Below are positions 1-7,731 of a stretch of DNA of 17,383 nt, in pieces. The DNA lies in contig NJBH01000054.1 in NCBI GenBank assembly GCA_005223125.1, forward strand, positions 1 through 17,383, in the 5' to 3' direction. The translations under genes and the position numbers were made by a program. This DNA is from Promethearchaeota archaeon Loki_b32. Its GTDB lineage: Archaea > Asgardarchaeota > Lokiarchaeia > Sigyniarchaeales > SOKP01. The notes beneath the pieces were generated by a model. The model was given only the letters and a program-made list of their open reading frames with translations, was not told the origin of the DNA and ran no database searches. Within the stretch, counting starts at the first letter, position 1; each line of letters starts with the position of its first letter.

Positions 1-235
1 CATAAATTATATTATGTTTTGGATCCCAAAATAATTGTAAATAATTATAAATATAACCTTCAAATATTGGAAATATCGATTCACGTGGATTCTCAAATAT
101 ATATTTATCTACCATTGCTAAGGCTTCAACAAAAGTAGCATCATCTTTTACTTGAACAGTATATTCTTTCCCTTTTTGTAGACCCATCGACGGTATACTA
201 ATTTTAAATATAATTTTCTTAATTTTAATAATCAC
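1..235 (-). CDS. Hypothetical protein running off the left edge; possible MoaD/ThiS/SAMP-like beta-grasp (ubiquitin-like) fold
   Basis: Hand translation from GTG at 235 is open to the edge: VIIKIKKIIFKISIPSMGLQKGKEYTVQVKDDATFVEALAMVDKYIFENPRESIFPIFEGYIYNYLQLFWDPKHNIIY. The segment KEYTVQVKDDATFVEALAMV resembles the beta2-alpha1 region of MoaD/SAMP proteins. The C-terminus is not visible. Confidence 0.6.
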   Translation of the reverse strand, partial: MIIKIKKIIFKISIPSMGLQKGKEYTVQVKDDATFVEALAMVDKYIFENPRESIFPIFEGYIYNYLQLFWDPKHNIIY

Positions 236-271
236 CCCACAAAAAATTAATAAAAATAATATTATTAATGT

Positions 272-562
272 CTAAATTAGACCTTTATTTTTAAGAAGTT
301 TTGGTAATTCTTTCTTGAGAATAAATGATGAACTAAATTTTTTCTCTCCATCAATTACAACACAATTATTCCGTAGGTTGAGCTTTCTAGCTTCTTCTGA
401 ATTAAGATTCTTAGTGTCATAATCAATGTGTTTTATATAGGGTGTAAGCTCAACAAAAACTCGGTTCATGAATTTGTCCCATTCACACGCACAAGCGTCT
501 AAGGGAACATAGATATCTACCTTTAATTTTTCTGAAGCTTTATTATCACTAATCTTTATCAC
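272..562 (-). CDS. Small thioredoxin-fold-like protein with CxC motif, downstream of acr3
   Basis: 96 aa. Strand-Cys motif-helix layout (KVDIYVPLDACACEWDKF) and a C-terminal CVVIDGEKKF segment like the PxxxIdG strand of glutaredoxin/ArsD-like folds. Co-oriented with acr3. Confidence 0.6.
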   Translation of the reverse strand: MIKISDNKASEKLKVDIYVPLDACACEWDKFMNRVFVELTPYIKHIDYDTKNLNSEEARKLNLRNNCVVIDGEKKFSSSFILKKELPKLLKNKGLI

Positions 563-576
563 ACCTAAGAATTATT

Positions 577-756
577 TTAATCTATATTATGAAGTCCTTT
601 ACATCTATCGGTACCACAATGAATACGTCTTGGTTCATAATCTGGACTATCCTTATTACAATGTGATTCCGAGTTATTACAGCTTGAGTGAGACATATTT
701 CCAATAGCTTCTCTTATTATCTTGGCAATTTGTTCATTCATTTCTTCTTCATTCAT
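577..756 (-). CDS. 59-aa Cys/His-rich small protein, not in ORF track
   Basis: Hand translation ATG(756) to TAA(577): MNEEEMNEQIAKIIREAIGNMSHSSCNNSESHCNKDSPDYEPRRIHCGTDRCKGLHNID. Has 4 Cys and 4 His, fills most of the gap between acr3 and the CxC gene on the same strand, and ends 14 nt before the next gene. Confidence 0.7.
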   Translation of the reverse strand: MNEEEMNEQIAKIIREAIGNMSHSSCNNSESHCNKDSPDYEPRRIHCGTDRCKGLHNID

Positions 757-833
757 AACTATTCAGTAAAATTGTTGATAATTTTTCAAGATTTCTATTC
801 TTTAATTAATAATCTATTTCAAAATTAAAAATA

Positions 834-1856
834 TTAGGATTTCCAAAATCCTTTTTTTTGTAGAAATCTGCCTAAATAAACCATCGAAAGCATCACAGGA
901 ACTTCCCAGAAAAGGCCCATCGTAGTTCCTAAAGCAGCAATTGAACCAATTCCATACATAGCAATAGCAGTAGCAATAGCAATTTCAAAATGGCTTGATG
1001 AACCAATTATTACTGTAATAACAGCTTCTTTGTACTTAAATTTAAATACTTTTGTAATGAGAATATTATATCCAACAACAATAAAAAATCCAACTAAGAG
1101 CGGAATTGATATTAATAGTAAGAGATCTGGATTATTTAGTATGACTTCACCACTCATAGAGAAAAGAACTACCAATGTCGTTAGTAGAGCAGCAATTGAT
1201 ATTTTACCAACTATTGGTCTATATGTATTATCAAACCAATCTTCACCCTTCGAAGATATCAATAATCTTTTGCTAATTATACCGAATAGAAGTGGAAGGC
1301 CTATAAAAATAAAAATCGAAACCAATAACAATATCCAATCAACTGGTATATTTTGAATACCTGTTAACAATGTTACCATCGGGGCATAACCAAATATTAT
1401 AGTTATCGTATTAAGGCTTGTGTTTACTACATTTTGCTCTTGATTTCCTTTTGCCATCCATCCCCACACTAAAACCATTGCTGTGCATGGACTTGAACTT
1501 AATAATATAATTGCAACTATTAATTGTTCATAACCCGGTACAAATATTCGCGCCATAAGTAATCCAACAAATGGAGCAATTAACCAATTAGAGATAAGTG
1601 TTAAAATTATAGGTTTAGGGTTTTTTCCTAATTTTTTTAATTCTGAAACTTGTAGATTTAACATTGCTGGATACATCATTAAGAATAAACAGATCCCAAT
1701 TGGTATAGAAATTTGACCAATGCTAAAAGCATCTATAGCTTGACCTATTCTAGGAATAATCTGTGAAAAGAGGATTCCAATAAAGATGCAAAGTGCAACC
1801 CACAATGGCAGAAACTTCTCGAAAAAGCTAATTGATCTACCTTCTTCCTCACTCAT
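834..1856 (-). CDS. acr3: Acr3-family arsenite efflux transporter
   Basis: 340-aa polytopic membrane protein with Acr3 motifs LFLMMYP, NWLIAPF, PCTAMVLVW (conserved Cys), SSHFEIAIA and EVPVML. Divergent from arsR. Confidence 0.95.
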   Translation of the reverse strand: MSEEEGRSISFFEKFLPLWVALCIFIGILFSQIIPRIGQAIDAFSIGQISIPIGICLFLMMYPAMLNLQVSELKKLGKNPKPIILTLISNWLIAPFVGLLMARIFVPGYEQLIVAIILLSSSPCTAMVLVWGWMAKGNQEQNVVNTSLNTITIIFGYAPMVTLLTGIQNIPVDWILLLVSIFIFIGLPLLFGIISKRLLISSKGEDWFDNTYRPIVGKISIAALLTTLVVLFSMSGEVILNNPDLLLLISIPLLVGFFIVVGYNILITKVFKFKYKEAVITVIIGSSSHFEIAIATAIAMYGIGSIAALGTTMGLFWEVPVMLSMVYLGRFLQKKGFWKS

Positions 1857-1912
1857 AATGTATCATACTTTATGTTCTTAATTTTGTTGTAAATATTTAA
1901 TTTAGGGAATAA

Positions 1913-1932
1913 ATAGACAAATTTAAATCTAT
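1913..1932. promoter_or_regulatory. Putative ArsR operator (inverted repeat ATAGA-N10-TCTAT) in the divergent acr3/arsR promoter region
   Basis: ATAGACAAATTTAAATCTAT lies centrally in the 121-bp intergenic region and overlaps a TATA-like TTTAAA. ArsR/SmtB proteins bind hyphenated inverted repeats of this kind. Confidence 0.5.
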
Positions 1933-1977
1933 CGATATGATAATATATTATTAATAAGTACTTGTTTTATCATAGAA

Positions 1978-2328
1978 ATGACTGAGAATAACAAAGAAGA
2001 TATTAAAGCATTAATTGAATGTATTGGATTAGATGTAGATGTTTCTGACTACATTAAAGAATTAGAAAAAAACAGAGATGAGATATTATTAAGAAAAGAT
2101 TTTAAAGAAAATGTTATTTCTCATAAAGCTCTTGGTCATGAATCAAGATTTTTGATTTATAATTTGATTAAGAAAAAAGAAATGTGTATATGTGAACTCT
2201 CTACCATATCAGATTTAACTCAACCAACAATTTCTCACCACGTAAAGATACTAGAACAGGCGGGTTTGATAGTTGGAGTAAAGAGTGGAAAATTTATTCA
2301 TTACCAAATAAAAGTAGATGATTATTGA
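1978..2328 (+). CDS. arsR: ArsR/SmtB-family metalloregulatory repressor
   Basis: ALGHESRFLIYNLI, EMCICEL (ELCVCDL-type As(III) site) and TQPTISHHVKILEQAGLI helix-turn-helix. Adjacent to acr3. Confidence 0.93.
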   Translation: MTENNKEDIKALIECIGLDVDVSDYIKELEKNRDEILLRKDFKENVISHKALGHESRFLIYNLIKKKEMCICELSTISDLTQPTISHHVKILEQAGLIVGVKSGKFIHYQIKVDDY

Positions 2329-2469
2329 AATAAAGGTTATATTTTCATTTCTTTTCAGTATGAATTAATAGTTTATAATTATTAAATTTAAAAATGTATC
2401 TGCTTATTTCTATTTTAATTAAAATTATTTTTAAAATAGTCTTAAAATCTAAAAAATTAAGTGAAAATT

Positions 2470-2748
2470 ATGCCATTACCTGTACCAGATACAGAGGAAA
2501 GTATGCAAGAATGCCGTAAACATATTAGATAACCTAATCTGTCGTCAGAATTCTGCGGACCTTGCCCCTCGTTTAAACCAAATCAACTCAATGAATTTGA
2601 GCCACATGCGTTATTTTGTTCAAGAGGACAATCAACAAAACCTAAAGAACAGATAGAAAATAAAGGTTGTAGTTGTTTTGGCTGCGGATTGTTCCCAAAA
2701 TATGAATTAGAGAAAGGATACTTTTGTATGCCATGGGAACAAAAATAA
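2470..2748 (+). CDS. Cys-rich DUF2769-like small protein, split by a 30-nt candidate BHB intron (exon 1 2470-2518, exon 2 2549-2748)
   Basis: Spliced translation (82 aa): MPLPVPDTEESMQECRKFCGPCPSFKPNQLNEFEPHALFCSRGQSTKPKEQIENKGCSCFGCGLFPKYELEKGYFCMPWEQK. It matches the archaeal DUF2769 pattern VPDT..C..CxxCPS..LFCxxGxS..GCxCxxC..YxL..YFC. SD-like GTGA lies 5 nt before the ATG and a poly-T follows the stop. Unspliced, the frame hits TAA at 2530-2532. Confidence 0.8.
2519..2548 (+). other. Candidate 30-nt bulge-helix-bulge (EndA-type) intron in a protein-coding gene
   Basis: Exon stem AGAAU(2508-12)/AUUCU(2550-54); central helix GCCG(2513-16)/CGUC(2543-46), 3 of 4 pairs; 3-nt bulges UAA(2517-19) and AGA(2547-49); intron stem ACA-U-AUUAG/CUAAU-C-UGU with loop AUAAC. 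Cutting after the second nucleotide of each bulge removes exactly 30 nt, including the stop. Confidence 0.75.
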
Positions 2749-2755
2749 TCTAATC

Positions 2756-2765
2756 TTTTTTTTTT
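2756..2765 (+). terminator. Oligo-T archaeal terminator candidate after the DUF2769-like gene
   Basis: Run of about 10 T starting 7 nt after the TAA stop. Confidence 0.5.
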
Positions 2766-2900
2766 ATATTATCTATTTTATTAATGATATGTGTGTATAA
2801 CTTTTAGTCCTCAATTTAATTTTTAATTCTCTTCTTTTAAAATACGATTTTATAAAAATTACGGTTTTTGTCGGAGATCTAGTTATCGCTAACTATGACT

Positions 2901-2918
2901 ACCGCTAAATATATATTT
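2901..2918 (+). promoter_or_regulatory. Possible BRE/TATA promoter for the AAA-like/SMC/kleisin operon
   Basis: ACCGCTAAATATATATTT lies about 55-70 nt upstream of the first gene. The AT-rich background limits confidence. Confidence 0.3.
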
Positions 2919-2971
2919 GTTAAAAGTCATGTAATTTATGTTCATAAACTTAAGGAAGAATTAAGGGAAAT

Positions 2972-4228
2972 TTGTATATGAAAGAATTAAGCGACATTCC
3001 GGAATTTTCAAAGTATTTTCAAGTAATTTCACCATCAGAAATTAATATTGATAAAGATAATATTTTTTATCGGGATAAATATAATGATATTATTAATTTT
3101 CTTAAGGTCATGTTAACAAATCATCACGATACTACTTTAAATGGATATATCGAACCAAAAGGAGCTGTTTTAATTAATGTAAATCCTGGAACGGATATAT
3201 TAGATTATTTAAAACTAATTACTAAAAATTATTACTTAGATCTAATTGAATTTAATGATAATGAAATTATTAAAGCTCCAAATAGATTTTTAAAAAGTTT
3301 TATATCTATTCTAGAAGATTTTGGAAGAGGATTAGAAAAAGAAGATGAAATTGAAATAAGCAAGAGGGAATCTGATAAAAAACATGAAAAAAAATTGTTA
3401 TTGATTAACCAACAATTGCGATTTAAGCATAAATTTGAAGAGATTAGTTTATTAGAGATATTTTTGAATGCTCGTGAAAATAAGAGTTTTAATTTTAAAT
3501 TTATTGACTCAAATTTAATTTTGGTTTGGTTAAATTATGATATTCAAGATATTAACAGTATTTCGGACAAACTATATAAAACATTTGATCTATTCATTAA
3601 AATCCCATTATTGAATAAAATCGAGCGAGAAACCGTATTAAAAGATTTTTTGGAAAAGAATACTAAAATTGTATTTGATATTAATGATATCGTAAATTAC
3701 ACAGAAAATTGGGAGGTAAAGGATATATTGCAACTGTTAAAGGTTGGAATATTCAAACATTTTTTAAACTCAGAATTAAATGACACAAGTAATGAAATTA
3801 CAGATGTTTTGATTGATTTAATTGTATCAGGTGAATTTATTCCTAATATTATTACTCCTAATTCAAATAATAAATCAAAGGTAGAATTAAAGGAAGAATA
3901 TAATCAAAATAAACAAGTTTTTTCACCTCAAGAACCTATTGATAATTACAATTTTAAAGATGTAAGCGGAATTATTCAAGGAATTCGCGAATCCCGTATT
4001 TCAGATTTCATGTTAAATCAATTATATGAAAATGCGGCTTCTAAGAATTATACTGAGCTTGTATTGATCATTGATAAATTGGCTAAAAAAGAACCTTTAG
4101 AAGAAAACGAAATGAAAATGATTGCAAAATATCCATTTATTTTAAATGATTCTCCAAATAGGGCTCAGATAAACTTAGAAAAGGCAAAGAAACGAGTGGA
4201 CCTTATAAAACAGGCATTTGGAAAATAA
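2972..4228 (+). CDS. Degenerate, probably inactive, AAA+ ATPase-like protein (likely start ATG 2978)
   Basis: EPKGAVLINVNPGTDILD aligns with the AAA Walker A region PKGILLxGPPGTGKT but lacks GKT. FDLFIKIPLLNKIERETVLK aligns with FDxxIxIPLPdxxxRxxIL, and YTENWEVKDI with the lid motif TxGxSGxDI. LLINQ occupies the Walker B position. Confidence 0.6.
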   Translation: MYMKELSDIPEFSKYFQVISPSEINIDKDNIFYRDKYNDIINFLKVMLTNHHDTTLNGYIEPKGAVLINVNPGTDILDYLKLITKNYYLDLIEFNDNEIIKAPNRFLKSFISILEDFGRGLEKEDEIEISKRESDKKHEKKLLLINQQLRFKHKFEEISLLEIFLNARENKSFNFKFIDSNLILVWLNYDIQDINSISDKLYKTFDLFIKIPLLNKIERETVLKDFLEKNTKIVFDINDIVNYTENWEVKDILQLLKVGIFKHFLNSELNDTSNEITDVLIDLIVSGEFIPNIITPNSNNKSKVELKEEYNQNKQVFSPQEPIDNYNFKDVSGIIQGIRESRISDFMLNQLYENAASKNYTELVLIIDKLAKKEPLEENEMKMIAKYPFILNDSPNRAQINLEKAKKRVDLIKQAFGK

Positions 4229-4250
4229 TATAATATAAGATGATTTAAAT

Positions 4251-7200
4251 TTGGCAACTCGAACACGTTTAGATATGGAAAAGGATGGTTTTACTTCAAA
4301 GGAAAATACAAGAGTATTTATAAGGAAAGTTATTTTAGAAAACTTTCTATCTTTCCAAAAGGATGAAGTTGATTTCGGGAAATCAAAATTCGTTATTATA
4401 GTAGGGCCAAATTGGAGTGGGAAAACCTCAATATTTCAAGCAATTAAATTTGCTTTAGGCAGCAATGAAAGAGATGAGCGATATAAAAAATGGTCAGAAT
4501 TTATTCGGAATGGCCAAAATCATGCGATGGTCGAAGTCCATATTCAAACTGAAGAAGAAATAATCAAATTAAGAAGATATGTCATTAGAGGTCAATCTCC
4601 ATTCTTCAAAATTCAGAGAAAGGATGATGGAGACTTTAAAAAGATTTCAGTTCATGAAGTTCAAAAATTAATTTCTGAGTTTAATATTAACCCAGATAAT
4701 CAATTTGCTTTTGTTAGTCAAGGTAAAATTGACGCCATTAAAAATTTAAAACCAACACAATTATGTTCATTTCTCGAAGAGGGAATTGGCATAAAAACCT
4801 TGAGAGAAGAGATTTTACAGCAAAAAAATAATGTTCTCAATTTGAATAATGATCTTCATTCATTGAAGAGTCGAAAAACTACATTAAATGTAAGCCTAGA
4901 ACTATTAAATCCTAAATTAGAGCGCTTAAAAAAGAAAAATAAATTATTGGATATTAAAAAGAAATTCAATGACGAACTACTTTGGGCAAATAGGGATAAA
5001 CTAGAAAAGGAAATTATCACATTTGAAGAAATTGTTAAAAATGTCAAATTAGTCTTGGAAGGAATTAAAAAAAAAAAAGAGAGTTCCGATAAAGAAATAA
5101 ATGCGTTATCTAATAAAATTTCAAGTAAGGAACATAACATAAACAAGCTTTCAAAACAATTAGGCGAGTTGGGTTATAAAAAGCAAGATTTAATCGCTAA
5201 AATTCAAAATTGGCAAAAAGACAAAATCCTCGCTAAACAAGAATTAGATTCATTATCAAATAAGATTGATGAGATTCAAAAATTAGTCAATAATTTCGGA
5301 CAACAAAAATCCAGTCTGGAAAATGAAATAAAAGTAATAAAGACAGAAAGTAGAAATGCTGGTCTACAAATTGATAAATTAATAACTGAGCAAAACCAAC
5401 TAATAAAAAAAATAAAACAGAATAAAGTTCTTCTAGATAAATATGATCAAATAAATTCTGAGAAAAAAGAAAGATTAACAAATATACAAGAAAATGAAAA
5501 ATCAATAAAAGCATACAATAATGAAATTAATCAGTTATTTCAGAGTTTTAAAGATATTGAACATAAACTTGAGAAGAATAAATGGTTCTTAGAAAATCCT
5601 ACTAAAGATTTACTAATTCAGCTTGATAGAGAATTGAAAAGAACATCATTAAAAGTATATGAGATTGACTCAGAGATAAAACAATTAGAAATCACAATTT
5701 CAAAGAAATTCAAAAAATTAAAAGTATTACAAGCTTCACTTAGAGAACGTCGTGTAGTTCTTCCACCGAATATAGCAGTTCTTAGGGATGAAATAAGAAA
5801 AAGGGGTTTAAAAGTAAAGGGGCCAATTATCGATTATTTAAAATATAAGGATGAATTAAGTTATGCTATTGAATCCGTTCTGGGTGAAAAATTACTCTAT
5901 AGCTTTGTAGCTAAAGATTGGGATACTTTAAACTTATTAAAGAGACTAAAAGAAAAATATGGAGCATACTGTAATATTTATCTACCTAAAAATGTAGGTC
6001 TTAAACCTATGATTAAGATATCAGCTAATGGTATCCTTGGTTATTTGGCAGAATTGATCACTTTTATTGATGATGACATTGATATTAAAAAAGTAATTTA
6101 TTCAAAAGTTAAGAATTGTATTGTTGCTGTTGATTATCGTTCTGGAAGAGAACTTTATAGTACACATGATTTTAAAGGAAAATGTGTAACATTAAAGGGA
6201 GAACAGATAATATCTTATAAATATGTGTATGAAACACCTTTTATAAAAAGATTAAAAGGATTATTAAGTGCTGGTACACAAAAAGAACAATCTGATATCC
6301 TAGAGTCGGAAATCACATCATTAAATGAAAGAGTTTCAGAATTAAAAGTTGAGCAAGCAAAGTTGGATGCTATACAAAAAGATATATTTAAAAAGAAAGA
6401 GTCTTTTAATGATCTTCTCTATAACTTTAACCAAAAACAAAGAATCACCTCAAAAAAGAATCAGTTATATGATCAAATGCATGAACTAGAAAAGATTAAT
6501 GCCGTTATTAAAACTGAGATTAAAGAATTAAATCATCAAATAAAAGATTTAGAATCTAAAACAGATCCAGAATTTTTCAAGTGGAATGATAGAGTAAAAG
6601 AAATTCCTAATGAGTTAGCTAATCTGAATGAAGAAAAGAAGAAATGGGATATAAGATTAAGCGAGAATTTAGATATTCTGAAAGAGGTAAAAAGTGAATT
6701 AACTGAGCACTCATATGAAAAAAATGCCTTACAGAAGGAATTTGAGACAAAACGGGAAGCTTTTCAAAAAGCAGATAAGACTGCTTTTAATATATATCGT
6801 CAGTTAGAGAATGTTGAAGAAGAACTGGGTATAACAGAAAAAGAGATTTCAGATTTAAAAGGAGATATATCGTCATTACAGAACAAGAAAAGTGAATTAG
6901 AGAGGAAGTATATTCAAATTATATTAAGTTTTGAACAAGAAAATATCAAATTAAATTCTTATAATCAAGATCTGGAATCTAAAAAGAATGATTTAGATAG
7001 AATTAATTATGAAATAAGTCCCTTAGTCTTAAAAGAAGTAATAAGCATTCGTCCAATTGAGGATATTAAAACAGATATCTCAGAAGTAGATAAGAAGTTA
7101 ATAAAATACTTAGATGTTGATGATTCTATTCTAATTGAAAAAGACCAGATATTAGTATCTCTTAAGGAAATCTCAAAAAATCAAACAAACTTGGAAAAAG

Positions 7201-7718
7201 ATATAAAAGCTGCTATTAGAACGGAAAATAAAATGGAAAAAACATATTATGATAAATTTAGTGTTTTGCTTGAAAATCTCCAAAAGAAAGTTAATCAAAA
7301 ATTTGAAGATTCACAGATTAAATCCTTTTGTTCACTTAAATTAATCGGCAATTTTGAAGAATTAGGGGTTGAAATTAAGGCAGCTACCTCAAAAGAGCAA
7401 TTAAAATCTTTCACCGCTCTTAGTGGAGGTCAAGTTTCTTTAGTATCAATCTGTTTAATTTTATCTCTTCAAGAGATTAAGCCTTCTGCACTTTCTATGC
7501 TTGATGAACCTGGGATGTTCTTAGATGAAAAAAACTCAGAAGTAGTTTATCAATTGATTAAATCAACATTAGAGCAAAATCCAATTCAATTATTCATGTT
7601 TTTACCAAAATCCTCAAATTCTTTGTTTTTATTAGCAGAAAAGTTAATTGGAATTGCGAGAGTTGGAAAAAAAGAAATTTCTTCTGTATTTAAACCGAAA
7701 ATCGTGAAAAAGAAATAA
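4251..7718 (+). CDS. smc: SMC-family ATPase with SMC5/6-like motifs
   Basis: 1155 aa. LENFLSF, Walker A GPNWSGKTS, Q-loop FVSQG, coiled coil, hinge (VKGPIIDYL..YAIESVLG..CVTLKGE), coiled coil, signature LSGGQ, Walker B/D-loop MLDEPGMFLD, switch region QLFMFLPK. Confidence 0.92.
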   Translation: MATRTRLDMEKDGFTSKENTRVFIRKVILENFLSFQKDEVDFGKSKFVIIVGPNWSGKTSIFQAIKFALGSNERDERYKKWSEFIRNGQNHAMVEVHIQTEEEIIKLRRYVIRGQSPFFKIQRKDDGDFKKISVHEVQKLISEFNINPDNQFAFVSQGKIDAIKNLKPTQLCSFLEEGIGIKTLREEILQQKNNVLNLNNDLHSLKSRKTTLNVSLELLNPKLERLKKKNKLLDIKKKFNDELLWANRDKLEKEIITFEEIVKNVKLVLEGIKKKKESSDKEINALSNKISSKEHNINKLSKQLGELGYKKQDLIAKIQNWQKDKILAKQELDSLSNKIDEIQKLVNNFGQQKSSLENEIKVIKTESRNAGLQIDKLITEQNQLIKKIKQNKVLLDKYDQINSEKKERLTNIQENEKSIKAYNNEINQLFQSFKDIEHKLEKNKWFLENPTKDLLIQLDRELKRTSLKVYEIDSEIKQLEITISKKFKKLKVLQASLRERRVVLPPNIAVLRDEIRKRGLKVKGPIIDYLKYKDELSYAIESVLGEKLLYSFVAKDWDTLNLLKRLKEKYGAYCNIYLPKNVGLKPMIKISANGILGYLAELITFIDDDIDIKKVIYSKVKNCIVAVDYRSGRELYSTHDFKGKCVTLKGEQIISYKYVYETPFIKRLKGLLSAGTQKEQSDILESEITSLNERVSELKVEQAKLDAIQKDIFKKKESFNDLLYNFNQKQRITSKKNQLYDQMHELEKINAVIKTEIKELNHQIKDLESKTDPEFFKWNDRVKEIPNELANLNEEKKKWDIRLSENLDILKEVKSELTEHSYEKNALQKEFETKREAFQKADKTAFNIYRQLENVEEELGITEKEISDLKGDISSLQNKKSELERKYIQIILSFEQENIKLNSYNQDLESKKNDLDRINYEISPLVLKEVISIRPIEDIKTDISEVDKKLIKYLDVDDSILIEKDQILVSLKEISKNQTNLEKDIKAAIRTENKMEKTYYDKFSVLLENLQKKVNQKFEDSQIKSFCSLKLIGNFEELGVEIKAATSKEQLKSFTALSGGQVSLVSICLILSLQEIKPSALSMLDEPGMFLDEKNSEVVYQLIKSTLEQNPIQLFMFLPKSSNSLFLLAEKLIGIARVGKKEISSVFKPKIVKKK

Positions 7719-7731
7719 TTTTTGATATATA

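Noticed and set aside
1030-1356. 108-aa plus-strand ORF
   Set aside because: Antisense shadow of acr3 with no motifs.
2530-2532. Stop-codon readthrough (Sec/Pyl) as the explanation for the in-frame stop
   Set aside because: The codon is TAA, not TGA or TAG, and readthrough would leave 10 extra residues inside the Cys motif. BHB excision explains both features.
4856-5514. Minus-strand ORFs 4856-5146 and 5287-5514
   Set aside because: Antisense shadows of the SMC coiled coil; Phe/Leu-rich because of A-rich codons on the sense strand.
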